Shown: positions 9,116 to 17,604 of the stretch, piece after piece
Layout: each line of letters starts with the position of its first letter
Position numbering within the stretch: the first letter of the stretch is position 1
Sequence record: NC_031127.1
DNA: 64,000 nucleotides
Reading direction: 5' to 3' (one strand)
Program-made: the position numbers and the translations under genes
Notes under the pieces: model-generated
What the model saw: only the letters and a program-made list of their open reading frames with translations
Told to the model about the DNA's origin: nothing
The model's database searches: none

Positions 9116-11437
9116 ATGAAAGAAACTCGAATCTCCAATCTGGAGCGACTGATTGAGCAAGGCAACACTCTGGTTGCTAACTCAGCAGTTGGCACCACCA
9201 CTGCGGATCTGTGGAAAACTGTTGCAGTTGGCGAATCTGTTCGTAGTAACGCACATGCATTCTCTACCGCTGTAAATAGCGCTGGGCAGGCGTATGCTGC
9301 TGTATACGGCGGTAAGCCAATGTCGCACGCGGCACAGGTTGCTTCTGCCATGATTCTTTCTGCCATGGGCAACGAAGAAGAGTTCATGTCCAAGCCTGCT
9401 CGCGAATCTTCCGACAAGCGCTGGAACAACTACATGGAAGTTGCCATCCCTGGCCAAGCTTCCCTGAACGCTGACTACGGTAAAACACCGCTGGTTGCGA
9501 CTGAATACTACACCAACAAAGATCTGGACAAAAACCTGGGTCTGACTTGGACTCTGAACGTCCGCGCGCTGGAAACCCAGTCTGCGTTCGCTGAGAAACT
9601 GTTCCCGACCATCACTGTTGACACCAACGACGTTGGTATCACCGTGCGTACCAAAATCACCACCGTAACCCGTGGTATTCTGAACGCGCTGCTGGCGAAA
9701 GACAGCGTCATCGACGATCGTAAACCGCTGCACAACGCACTGACCGACCACACCGTACTGCAAGACGATGCTATCCGCATCGTGCCGTACGTGATGGAAG
9801 ACGGCGACAACGCCGAATACTTCGTGAGCGATGACATCATCGAAAACGAAACTGTGCGTCTGGGCCGTGTGCCGCCGTACCCGACTAACTATCTGGACAT
9901 CAGCAAGCTGAAAGGCAACCTGTTCCGTCTGGCAGCGCATCCGGGTATCGTAGCTGAAGGTTACGACGAAACTGACGAAATCGCACCGGGTGCTGCACTG
10001 GGCTCGCTGCTGGTTTCTGTCCGTAAGCCGGGCGACGATGTGAAGGCTGGTAAGAAAATCATCCTGAACACTCGCGACATGCAGTTTGCAAGCTTCCAGC
10101 GTCCTCCTGAAGGTGACGGTCGTGAGCTGGTCCTCCAGTTCCGTCGTACTCAGTTCGCGCTGAACGGCGACTCTCTGGATTACAAAGGCGATGACATCCC
10201 TGCGCTGTCTGCCCTGAAACAGAGCAAGTACACCCTGCGCTACGTGATCAACATCACCATGAGCCTGTTCACCAACGGTCAGCGCTCCGGCCAGTACGAA
10301 ATCAGCGGTGCCAACCTGTCTATTGAAGACCTGGTTGATGCAACTGGTGCAGAAGTGTCGATGGATTCCGGTATCGGTAAAACCATCATGGACAACCTGA
10401 AAATCGAACTGCTGGGCTGGCGCTTCGACGGTACTCGTACCAACGAGAACCGGAGAACTCAGGGCCTGCTGCTGGACCCGGTCTGGGAACAAGAGAACTA
10501 CAAGCTGCAATACGGTTCTCCGATCATGACCAAACAGCCGGTTGGCGTTGAATACGACGACGCTGAACGTCTGGATGACCTGGTGTCTGCGGTTAACATC
10601 CGTAACGAAATGCTGGCCATCACGCAGACCCTGTCTTACACCGATGCGGTTAAGCAGGCGAAAGCAACTATGGTTACACAGTGGGATAAAACTGCTATCC
10701 GCGGTCTGGGTCGCCACTGGGTTGCTCCGTGGTACGAAGAAGTTGACTTCAACGTTGACAAAATCGTCCAGTCTCTGGAAACCAAAGACGCGCTGATCAA
10801 CGCCCGTCAGGCGCTGCTGCAACGTATCGCTGACCAGGTAACTCGTGCTATCCAGGATAGCCGTTACATGCCTGCTCTGCGTCTGTTGACTGCAAACCCG
10901 CAAGCTGTACCGAAAGTTGTGATTGCAACTGACGAACCTACTGCTGCAATGCTGCTGCTGCAAGTTGGTGAAACTCGCCTGCTGGGCGACCGTTACGACT
11001 ACGAAGTTGTGACCACCAACGATGACCGCTGGCGCATCAAGAACGAGGCTGACGGTTCTTGGACTCGTCGCCTGCAATGGGTTCTGAAAGTTGACGGTGT
11101 TGAAGAAGGTTCTTACTGTGTTCTGAACTGGGGTAACCACTTCTGGTCTCCGATCATGGTAACCAACATCAACATCCAGCGTAACGGTTCTACCAGCAAA
11201 GAACTTGCTGTGCAGCCTCGTAACGCGCACATCTGCCACTGCCCGATCACTGGTCTGATCTGGGTTAAAGGTATCACCAAACTGGTTGAGCAGAAACTGG
11301 CTTACAACGTTGTTACCACTCAGAGTGGCGACGGCGCAACCGCAGGCGGCAACGCAGGCGATGTAGCTGGTGATGCTGGTACCGCTGGTGTTACCACTCA
11401 GAGCGCCGGTACTTCTACCACTGCTCCGAAAAGCTAA
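9116..11437 (+). CDS. Major capsid protein precursor, phiKZ/SPN3US type
   Basis: 773 aa, strongly biased codon usage, candidate A-x-E maturation site LVATE|YYTNKD, C-terminal ELAVQPRNAHICHCPI, strong terminator downstream. Confidence 0.9.
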   Translation: MKETRISNLERLIEQGNTLVANSAVGTTTADLWKTVAVGESVRSNAHAFSTAVNSAGQAYAAVYGGKPMSHAAQVASAMILSAMGNEEEFMSKPARESSDKRWNNYMEVAIPGQASLNADYGKTPLVATEYYTNKDLDKNLGLTWTLNVRALETQSAFAEKLFPTITVDTNDVGITVRTKITTVTRGILNALLAKDSVIDDRKPLHNALTDHTVLQDDAIRIVPYVMEDGDNAEYFVSDDIIENETVRLGRVPPYPTNYLDISKLKGNLFRLAAHPGIVAEGYDETDEIAPGAALGSLLVSVRKPGDDVKAGKKIILNTRDMQFASFQRPPEGDGRELVLQFRRTQFALNGDSLDYKGDDIPALSALKQSKYTLRYVINITMSLFTNGQRSGQYEISGANLSIEDLVDATGAEVSMDSGIGKTIMDNLKIELLGWRFDGTRTNENRRTQGLLLDPVWEQENYKLQYGSPIMTKQPVGVEYDDAERLDDLVSAVNIRNEMLAITQTLSYTDAVKQAKATMVTQWDKTAIRGLGRHWVAPWYEEVDFNVDKIVQSLETKDALINARQALLQRIADQVTRAIQDSRYMPALRLLTANPQAVPKVVIATDEPTAAMLLLQVGETRLLGDRYDYEVVTTNDDRWRIKNEADGSWTRRLQWVLKVDGVEEGSYCVLNWGNHFWSPIMVTNINIQRNGSTSKELAVQPRNAHICHCPITGLIWVKGITKLVEQKLAYNVVTTQSGDGATAGGNAGDVAGDAGTAGVTTQSAGTSTTAPKS

Positions 11438-11457
11438 GCCTTAGGCTAACGCGGAAT

Positions 11458-11493
11458 ACCCTACTCCTTCGGGAGTAGGGTTTTTCTTTTTTT
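11458..11493 (+). terminator. Intrinsic terminator (cUUCGg loop)
   Basis: accctactcc-ttcg-ggagtagggt plus long T tract; same core at 40106 and 52506. Confidence 0.9.
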
Positions 11494-11506
11494 GTCTAAA
11501 TTTTTT

Positions 11507-11530
11507 GAGATAGATATTATCTAAGGGAAG
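11507..11530 (+). promoter_or_regulatory. Early promoter motif, copy 2
   Basis: gagatagatattatctaagggaag. Confidence 0.7.
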
Positions 11531-11562
11531 CAACAACCTTTTCATTTATAAGGAGTATTATC

Positions 11563-12315
11563 GTGGATATCGATTTGTTACCGGTAGTTGAGTTTACTGG
11601 CGTGAGTAGTGTTACCCCCGTCTTTAACGGACGCGGTTACATTGTTCAATTCACCAACACATCGTACGGGCGTATGTGGACAAACTTCGAGTGTATCGAG
11701 ACGCCTATCTATTTAAGCAGTGATGCTCACGCAGCATTGCTTGCCTATATCGCGGAGCAGAAGAAGCTAGCAGAAAAGAACGACGGTTGGGGTTACAGTT
11801 CTGAATTCTTGGTTCTCGGCAATGTCCGTTTCTGCTCCCAACACTTTAGTGTGCATTGTGGTCCTGCTGAGGAACGTGTCCATCATCTAACCGAACTCTA
11901 CGTGGCGTTGGCCAACGGTCTGATGTTGAATGACACGTACGAGTGGAAGCCACTTCCATGGGGCCATGAAGGTTCGATTGTTTCGCACTCGAAGCGCCCA
12001 GACGCTGAACTAATCATTTCGGCTGATCAGGGAATGGTAACGTACCTGCGACAAGAGTTCGTCGAATCCCCACACGGACACCACCATTTGCAAGCCCTGT
12101 TTAGGGAACGCAACTATGAACAGATGGAGAGTCCGGTTGTTGAGACAGATATCGAACTTATCAACCTAGCCGATCGTCTTTATAACATCGCCTCGACGGG
12201 TACATTCCCAAACGATGGTTACACGCTGTCTTTGGAACTCGGTTTGGGTAAACTGGACATCGCGAAGATGGACAAAGCCCGACTCCTGAAATTGGCTGAA
12301 ACCCTTATCCCGTAA
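11563..12315 (+). CDS. Hypothetical early protein
   Basis: 250-aa ORF, GTG start, SD TAAGGAG. Confidence 0.75.
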   Translation: MDIDLLPVVEFTGVSSVTPVFNGRGYIVQFTNTSYGRMWTNFECIETPIYLSSDAHAALLAYIAEQKKLAEKNDGWGYSSEFLVLGNVRFCSQHFSVHCGPAEERVHHLTELYVALANGLMLNDTYEWKPLPWGHEGSIVSHSKRPDAELIISADQGMVTYLRQEFVESPHGHHHLQALFRERNYEQMESPVVETDIELINLADRLYNIASTGTFPNDGYTLSLELGLGKLDIAKMDKARLLKLAETLIP

Positions 12316-12366
12316 CATTTTTACGCCAGAGGCATAGCCTATGTGCCTCTTTGAATCCACGCATTC

Positions 12367-12390
12367 TGAGATAGATATTATCTCTGTGAA
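12367..12390 (+). promoter_or_regulatory. Early promoter motif, copy 3
   Basis: tgagatagatattatctctgtgaa. Confidence 0.65.
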
Positions 12391-12422
12391 TTGACGATTG
12401 GTTTTAAAGCTGGAAGTAAATA

Positions 12423-13514
12423 ATGAAACGACATAATCTAGATATCGCACCGGTTATCTCGAAGAAGCCTATTCGGCATAACGCCCTTAGGAAAACCTTC
12501 ACTTACGAGAATAACACCGGCACGCCAGTCTACGTTACGGATTCAACAGGGTCGTACATTATCATTGAGCCCAAGAGAAATGTTATTTCACCGAACGCTA
12601 TCGTGGTCTATGTCACGTACAGCATTCCGGCGGGAATGGCAAACCTCATCGGCATCGCAGACACCCTACCTGCGGCTGTCTATCAGAATCTGTGTCGTGA
12701 GCTGGATAGATTTGGTGAATCCACGCTGATGTACATCGTGGAAGATCCCGTACCCATTTTACGTGGAGAAGCTATTGTATTGGAGAACCTGGGGTTATCC
12801 TTCTCGGTTCGCCCATTAGAATTAGATAAGACACCTGTTCATCGCAATGGCCAAGCGACGGAACTGACGTTGGGTATTGTTGTAGTGCAGCGCCACGATG
12901 ACACACGCGTAATAAAGTGGGTGCGGTATTACAACACGATGGTTCAGGTGGTTCCAATCAAGGCGAAGTTTTACGAGCCGGGAATGTATCTGGTGATGAT
13001 GAGTGGAGATATTGTAGAAGGAAGTCGACTGCTACATTTCGACTTCGATGACCCAATGTCACCGATGCGGGGATTTGAAACAGAAGAAGCAGCTCGCCAG
13101 TTCAGGTGGGTTACGGATGCAGTTCCTGCATTAACTGATCTCAGAAACAAACTCGAAGCGCAAATCGCCGCCAACGACTTGTCTCATGCCCAGCACAAGC
13201 AACAATTAGATGTTGAGCATAGACGCAAGCTTAACGAAATGACAATCGAACGGGAGCAACAGGCCGCCCTCTTCAGGGAACTGGAGATGAAGGTTAAACA
13301 GCGAGCAGAAGAACGAAAAGACAGCTTTGATGAACGGTCTACATTACGTAAAGACCATTACGACGAACGGTCGACCGTCAGGAAAGACCAATCGGATGAA
13401 CGTAAGGAACATTACGAAAACCGTTCACAGACACGTAAAGACGCGTCTGAAACATTGAAAGCTATCCCGGCGATATTAGCAGCGGGGGTGGCTATCGTAG
13501 CGATGCTTATGTGA
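12423..13514 (+). CDS. Coiled-coil protein with C-terminal membrane anchor
   Basis: 363 aa; charged repeats RKDSFDERSTL/RKDHYDERSTV; terminal hydrophobic IPAILAAGVAIVAMLM. Confidence 0.75.
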   Translation: MKRHNLDIAPVISKKPIRHNALRKTFTYENNTGTPVYVTDSTGSYIIIEPKRNVISPNAIVVYVTYSIPAGMANLIGIADTLPAAVYQNLCRELDRFGESTLMYIVEDPVPILRGEAIVLENLGLSFSVRPLELDKTPVHRNGQATELTLGIVVVQRHDDTRVIKWVRYYNTMVQVVPIKAKFYEPGMYLVMMSGDIVEGSRLLHFDFDDPMSPMRGFETEEAARQFRWVTDAVPALTDLRNKLEAQIAANDLSHAQHKQQLDVEHRRKLNEMTIEREQQAALFRELEMKVKQRAEERKDSFDERSTLRKDHYDERSTVRKDQSDERKEHYENRSQTRKDASETLKAIPAILAAGVAIVAMLM

Positions 13515-13527
13515 GAGGAGAGAATGT

Positions 13528-15297
13528 GTGTTTGCAGATGCGATAAAAGAGTTAAAGGCGTCCGGTAAGATTGTCCCCTTTAACCGCGCAGTGGCAGAAG
13601 GCGTCGGCTATGCACAAGCAAAAGATGGTATCCATGAACGGGTGTACGGGATTCTGAAACGCGAACTCACGTACGATGCAGAAACCAACCCAAGATTGCC
13701 CATCGGGTTAGCGGTGCAACAATATCGTTTCATGTCACCATTCGAAGCCTTTATCTTTAAGGTGGCAAAGGCAGACAATCGTCAAGCACGGGGTCGTGCA
13801 CCAGTCTCCATTGCCAGAACCGATCAGTATATGATCATGGCCAACATCCGTATTCCGGGAGAGAACAGACTTACTGCACGTCCGATGTATCTGCCGTTTA
13901 TACGTCGCGGTGGATTGATGTACTCGTGGGGTACTTTGTACCATGTTGCGCCGGTGATTCACCAACCGGGTATCTGTCGCGAGCACGGCGGTATCTTCAT
14001 TAACTTCGACTTCACCCGTAAAGTCTCACTGAAATTCTGTAAGCACTCAGTGAAGATTCTGGTTAACGGGAAAAAGGAGGAAATCTTCCTGCCGGGTACA
14101 TCGAACCTGTACGTCCCTAAAACGACGCAGGGACAAGATTCCGATGAGAAGCCTCTGTTGTATTGGTTGTTCGGTAAGTACGGCTTTAAAGAAGCTGTAG
14201 AGCGTTATACGGGCGCACGCGTTGCCATTTGGCCATCGTACAATCTCAAGTCTATTGATTTGGATAAATACGTGGTGGTGCAATCGGGTGAACCGCAACT
14301 GGGTAAAAACATCCAGTATGCGATTGTTGTCCGTCGCGAAGATTTACCGAGCACCGAGAAGTCGCGCTGGGATCAGAACGAACACATGCTGTTGGCGATG
14401 TGTGCAGCTTTCTACAAAGCAGCGCATTTCTACGCAGGCCGTCGTACTGGTCGGAGTCAGCAACGTAACGCATTGGCACCTCTGTTCACCTCTATCAACG
14501 AATTCGATGTTGATGGTGACATTGCCAACCTGAACTCTAAGGATATCTGGAAGGAGATTCTGGGACGCAGTATTCAGGGTACGAAGCCTTCTGATGTGGA
14601 TTTGCTGCGAAGCATGAACAGCCACTTCATGGAGTGTGAGCGTTATGTGAACAACACGTTCCGTGCCGAACTCATGGCGGTGGACCCGGACATCGATCCA
14701 GAGATGGATATGTTCGACTTCCTGTACTACACCACCAAGATGATGGTTCGCACACGTTTGACCAAGCAGGATGATTTCTCGTCCATGTACGGCAAACGCT
14801 TAACCGTTACCGATTACCTGTTGCTGGCACCAAAAGGTTTCACCAGTACGATCTCCAACATCCGTTGGCGGTTGAGTCAGCTGGAGAACCGGACAGCCGA
14901 AAGTTGCCACGAAACCATTCGTGATGAGTTGAATAAGAAGATTGTACCTAACCTTGTCTGTCGTGGTATCACGTCGAACGGGGGCATCAACTTCTTCAAT
15001 GCATCTACTGAATCGATGGTACTGGCGGTCTCTACGCACGCAATTGGTCAGACGGAAACAGACAGTAAACGCGGTAAGAAAGGTAAGACCGTTAACCTTA
15101 ACGACCGTACCAAACACGCTTCGGCGTCGCACCTTGAATGTGGTAACGTACACTTCATTCCGAAGTCTGCCCCGTTCAAGTCTAACATCCTCAATGCATA
15201 TATGGTGACCAGCCGCCAGCTTGTGATGATGCGTAACCCGAAACTGAAGAAAGAAATCGAAGCCGCCGAGATTGACATCGCGCAAATCGGCCGATAA
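13528..15297 (+). CDS. Non-virion RNA polymerase beta-like subunit (N-terminal beta part, phiKZ gp123-like)
   Basis: RPMYLPFI, YHVAPVI, MYGKRL, and RTKHASASHLECGNVHFIPKSAPFKSNILN aligning by eye to RpoB RDVHxSHYGRxCPxETPEGxNIGLIN. Confidence 0.8.
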   Translation: MFADAIKELKASGKIVPFNRAVAEGVGYAQAKDGIHERVYGILKRELTYDAETNPRLPIGLAVQQYRFMSPFEAFIFKVAKADNRQARGRAPVSIARTDQYMIMANIRIPGENRLTARPMYLPFIRRGGLMYSWGTLYHVAPVIHQPGICREHGGIFINFDFTRKVSLKFCKHSVKILVNGKKEEIFLPGTSNLYVPKTTQGQDSDEKPLLYWLFGKYGFKEAVERYTGARVAIWPSYNLKSIDLDKYVVVQSGEPQLGKNIQYAIVVRREDLPSTEKSRWDQNEHMLLAMCAAFYKAAHFYAGRRTGRSQQRNALAPLFTSINEFDVDGDIANLNSKDIWKEILGRSIQGTKPSDVDLLRSMNSHFMECERYVNNTFRAELMAVDPDIDPEMDMFDFLYYTTKMMVRTRLTKQDDFSSMYGKRLTVTDYLLLAPKGFTSTISNIRWRLSQLENRTAESCHETIRDELNKKIVPNLVCRGITSNGGINFFNASTESMVLAVSTHAIGQTETDSKRGKKGKTVNLNDRTKHASASHLECGNVHFIPKSAPFKSNILNAYMVTSRQLVMMRNPKLKKEIEAAEIDIAQIGR

Positions 15298-15321
15298 GTA
15301 TACTTTAAGGAGAATCATTTA

Positions 15322-16890
15322 ATGGCAATTTCATCCAGTGCAGTCGTGAAAATCATCGAAAGTCGTTTAGCGGCTGGCAATGACACGACGCTTACTGCCA
15401 TCAATCAGACCATCAGCGAACGTGGTATCAGTGCGCAAGATGCACTGGACATCGCTATCCAGATTGGTGACATACTCCTGGGTAAGGGCGTTGCTCAAGA
15501 CAAGATTGTAGAGAACATTATTTCTGCGTACAAAGCCGCTGCGTATCAGCTGTTGCAGAAAGCCGGTATCGCGTTCCAGAGTGACCCTGGCCTACATGAA
15601 CGTCTGAACAAGTTCTTCCAAGAGGTGCGGGCCATGATCAAAGCCGCTGCCCAAAGTTCCACTGGAACCTTAGGCGGGTTGGTCGGTACCGCAATTCCGG
15701 GTGCAAGTTTGTCTGTTGCTCCAAGTGCGCCAGTGACGTCTTCCCCAATCGGTGATTTGGGTGGGATTCAAGTTGGTGATGGTATCCCCGTAACTCCGGC
15801 AGCTACCAGTCCGGGTCTTAGTGCAGTTAGTGCCACGCCGCTTGAGGCGTTTGCAGAAACTCCCGCAGCCGCCAAAGCCGCTGCACCACAACAACCCGCG
15901 CCAAAGGTGAATCCCGTGTTAAACGCTCCGGTTAAACAGATTATCGAGGTAGAAGATTTGGAAACGTACGCAGAACATGAACTGTCAACGCCACGTACAC
16001 GCGTGTCGGTCAGTGCGAAAGATGCCAATGAGAAAGTCAACGAGTTCCTGACCACCGGTAACTGGGTTGAACCACTGGCTGATCTCTTGGCTGGGAAAAC
16101 CAATGCGGTGTATTACGCGGGCGCAGATATTCTGGTGCGTGCTAACCGTGTCACTCGCCGTTATCTGGTTAACCCGACGAAAGATGCCGAGTTCGAAACG
16201 CGTATTGCGGAGTTCACTTCGCAGCACGAATCTCAGCTGGCGCGTCTGGATGATCTCTATGGAATGGATGACCCTGAGAAAATCATCAATGCGGTAACCT
16301 CGGTTGTGCAGAAGATGAAAGAGAACTTCGTCTCCTTCTACACCGACATGCTGCGCGAAGGTGCGGCCTCTGAAATCGTGGCCTCCGAAGTAGCTCGCTT
16401 CACCAACGTTGCACTGGGTACCATGTCCATTGCGGTACACAACGCACTGAGCCTCGGCACCAACCGTTGCCAGAGCATTCCAACCAATCCGAAGATTGAG
16501 CTGGAACGTAACATGGATGACCTGGAGTTCTTCTCTGACATCCTGTACCAGAAAACCGTTGGCGATAATGGCTACACCACGGAGCCGGATTTCTTCCGTG
16601 AGCTGTTCATGATGGTGGCCTCTTCCCTGCGTAAAGTTAATGTGCGCTACAGTTCTGGTGAACTGATCGTACGTCACGAAATCGCAGAGATTGTGATTCC
16701 GGGTAACTACCCAACCCTGAAACGCAATAACGTGGTGGGCAAACATTCTCTGGGTGCAACGCATGACCCGGTGACCACCATCTTCGAAGAGTTCGTCCGT
16801 AACAAGCCAGAAGTGAACGTCATGCTGAAAGCCGATGAAAGTTATCTGCTGCTGAGCACTGGCGAAAACACTGCGCCGATTTATTACTAA
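15322..16890 (+). CDS. Conserved hypothetical protein with Ala/Pro/Ser-rich linker
   Basis: 522-aa ORF, SD TAAGGAG, terminator downstream. Confidence 0.8.
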   Translation: MAISSSAVVKIIESRLAAGNDTTLTAINQTISERGISAQDALDIAIQIGDILLGKGVAQDKIVENIISAYKAAAYQLLQKAGIAFQSDPGLHERLNKFFQEVRAMIKAAAQSSTGTLGGLVGTAIPGASLSVAPSAPVTSSPIGDLGGIQVGDGIPVTPAATSPGLSAVSATPLEAFAETPAAAKAAAPQQPAPKVNPVLNAPVKQIIEVEDLETYAEHELSTPRTRVSVSAKDANEKVNEFLTTGNWVEPLADLLAGKTNAVYYAGADILVRANRVTRRYLVNPTKDAEFETRIAEFTSQHESQLARLDDLYGMDDPEKIINAVTSVVQKMKENFVSFYTDMLREGAASEIVASEVARFTNVALGTMSIAVHNALSLGTNRCQSIPTNPKIELERNMDDLEFFSDILYQKTVGDNGYTTEPDFFRELFMMVASSLRKVNVRYSSGELIVRHEIAEIVIPGNYPTLKRNNVVGKHSLGATHDPVTTIFEEFVRNKPEVNVMLKADESYLLLSTGENTAPIYY

Positions 16891-16902
16891 GTGAATCAAA
16901 CA

Positions 16903-16937
16903 GGTGACCTTCGGGTCACCTTGTTTTATTTTTTTAA
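16903..16937 (+). terminator. Intrinsic terminator (cUUCGg loop)
   Basis: ggtgacc-ttcg-ggtcacc plus T tract. Confidence 0.85.
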
Positions 16938-16950
16938 TCAGGAGAAAAAG

Positions 16951-17217
16951 ATGTTAACTGTCGATATTCTGAATCACGAAGGTAAGAAACTGTTTGACTT
17001 CGATCTGTCGGTGACGGGCGGAAAGGTATTGGAATTCGCCAAAGCCTGTGATCGCAACGAAACAACGGTCATCAAGAACAAACGCAGCGTGCGTTATTCG
17101 ATGGTGAAAAAAGAACTGGATGCGTGTTTACGGGGAACTTTAATTGCGCACCACTTAGCCCACCTCAACTCTCTCGACCCCCATTTTACCTTCATTACTC
17201 ACGATTATTATAGATAA
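16951..17217 (+). CDS. Hypothetical protein
   Basis: ATG at 16951 after SD AGGAG, within track ORF 16891..17217. Confidence 0.7.
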   Translation: MLTVDILNHEGKKLFDFDLSVTGGKVLEFAKACDRNETTVIKNKRSVRYSMVKKELDACLRGTLIAHHLAHLNSLDPHFTFITHDYYR

Positions 17218-17240
17218 CGTGATACACGCTGAGGTGTAAG

Positions 17241-17546
17241 ATGGTCAAGTTGCTTGTAATCGAGTTAAATCAGTACCGGGATGTGTTGCATCGGTTCGAG
17301 CTGCCTGACAATGTAGCGACTACCGCGTTCTTGGAACGCTTCCGTGGAACCAGAACAGCCGTCTACAGTGGTCGTCGCTGGACAGTCTATTATAACGTGC
17401 GTGGTGCACTCACAGACGCGTTAACCGCAGGGAAGGTAAAGGAGACCACCGCATTTTTAAAAGCCTACGAGAAAGACCCGCTGGCGATTGGTATCATGCT
17501 GGCCGAGAAAGAACAGATCGGTCGTCCTGCCCAACCGGACGAATAA
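17241..17546 (+). CDS. Hypothetical protein
   Basis: 101-aa ORF, SD GAGGTG. Confidence 0.7.
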   Translation: MVKLLVIELNQYRDVLHRFELPDNVATTAFLERFRGTRTAVYSGRRWTVYYNVRGALTDALTAGKVKETTAFLKAYEKDPLAIGIMLAEKEQIGRPAQPDE

Positions 17547-17556
17547 AAAAGAGCAA

Positions 17557-17598
17557 ACTCCTACCCGTAAAGGTAGGAGTTGTGCTGCTTATTTTTTT
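17557..17598. terminator. Bidirectional terminator between convergent genes
   Basis: actcctacc-cgtaaa-ggtaggagt, A tract upstream and T tract downstream. Confidence 0.75.
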
Positions 17599-17604
17599 TG
17601 CTAT

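Noticed and set aside
9182-11239. 685-aa minus-strand ORF antisense to the capsid gene
   Set aside because: Expected shadow of strong codon bias in a highly expressed gene; no SD or motif, and atypical composition
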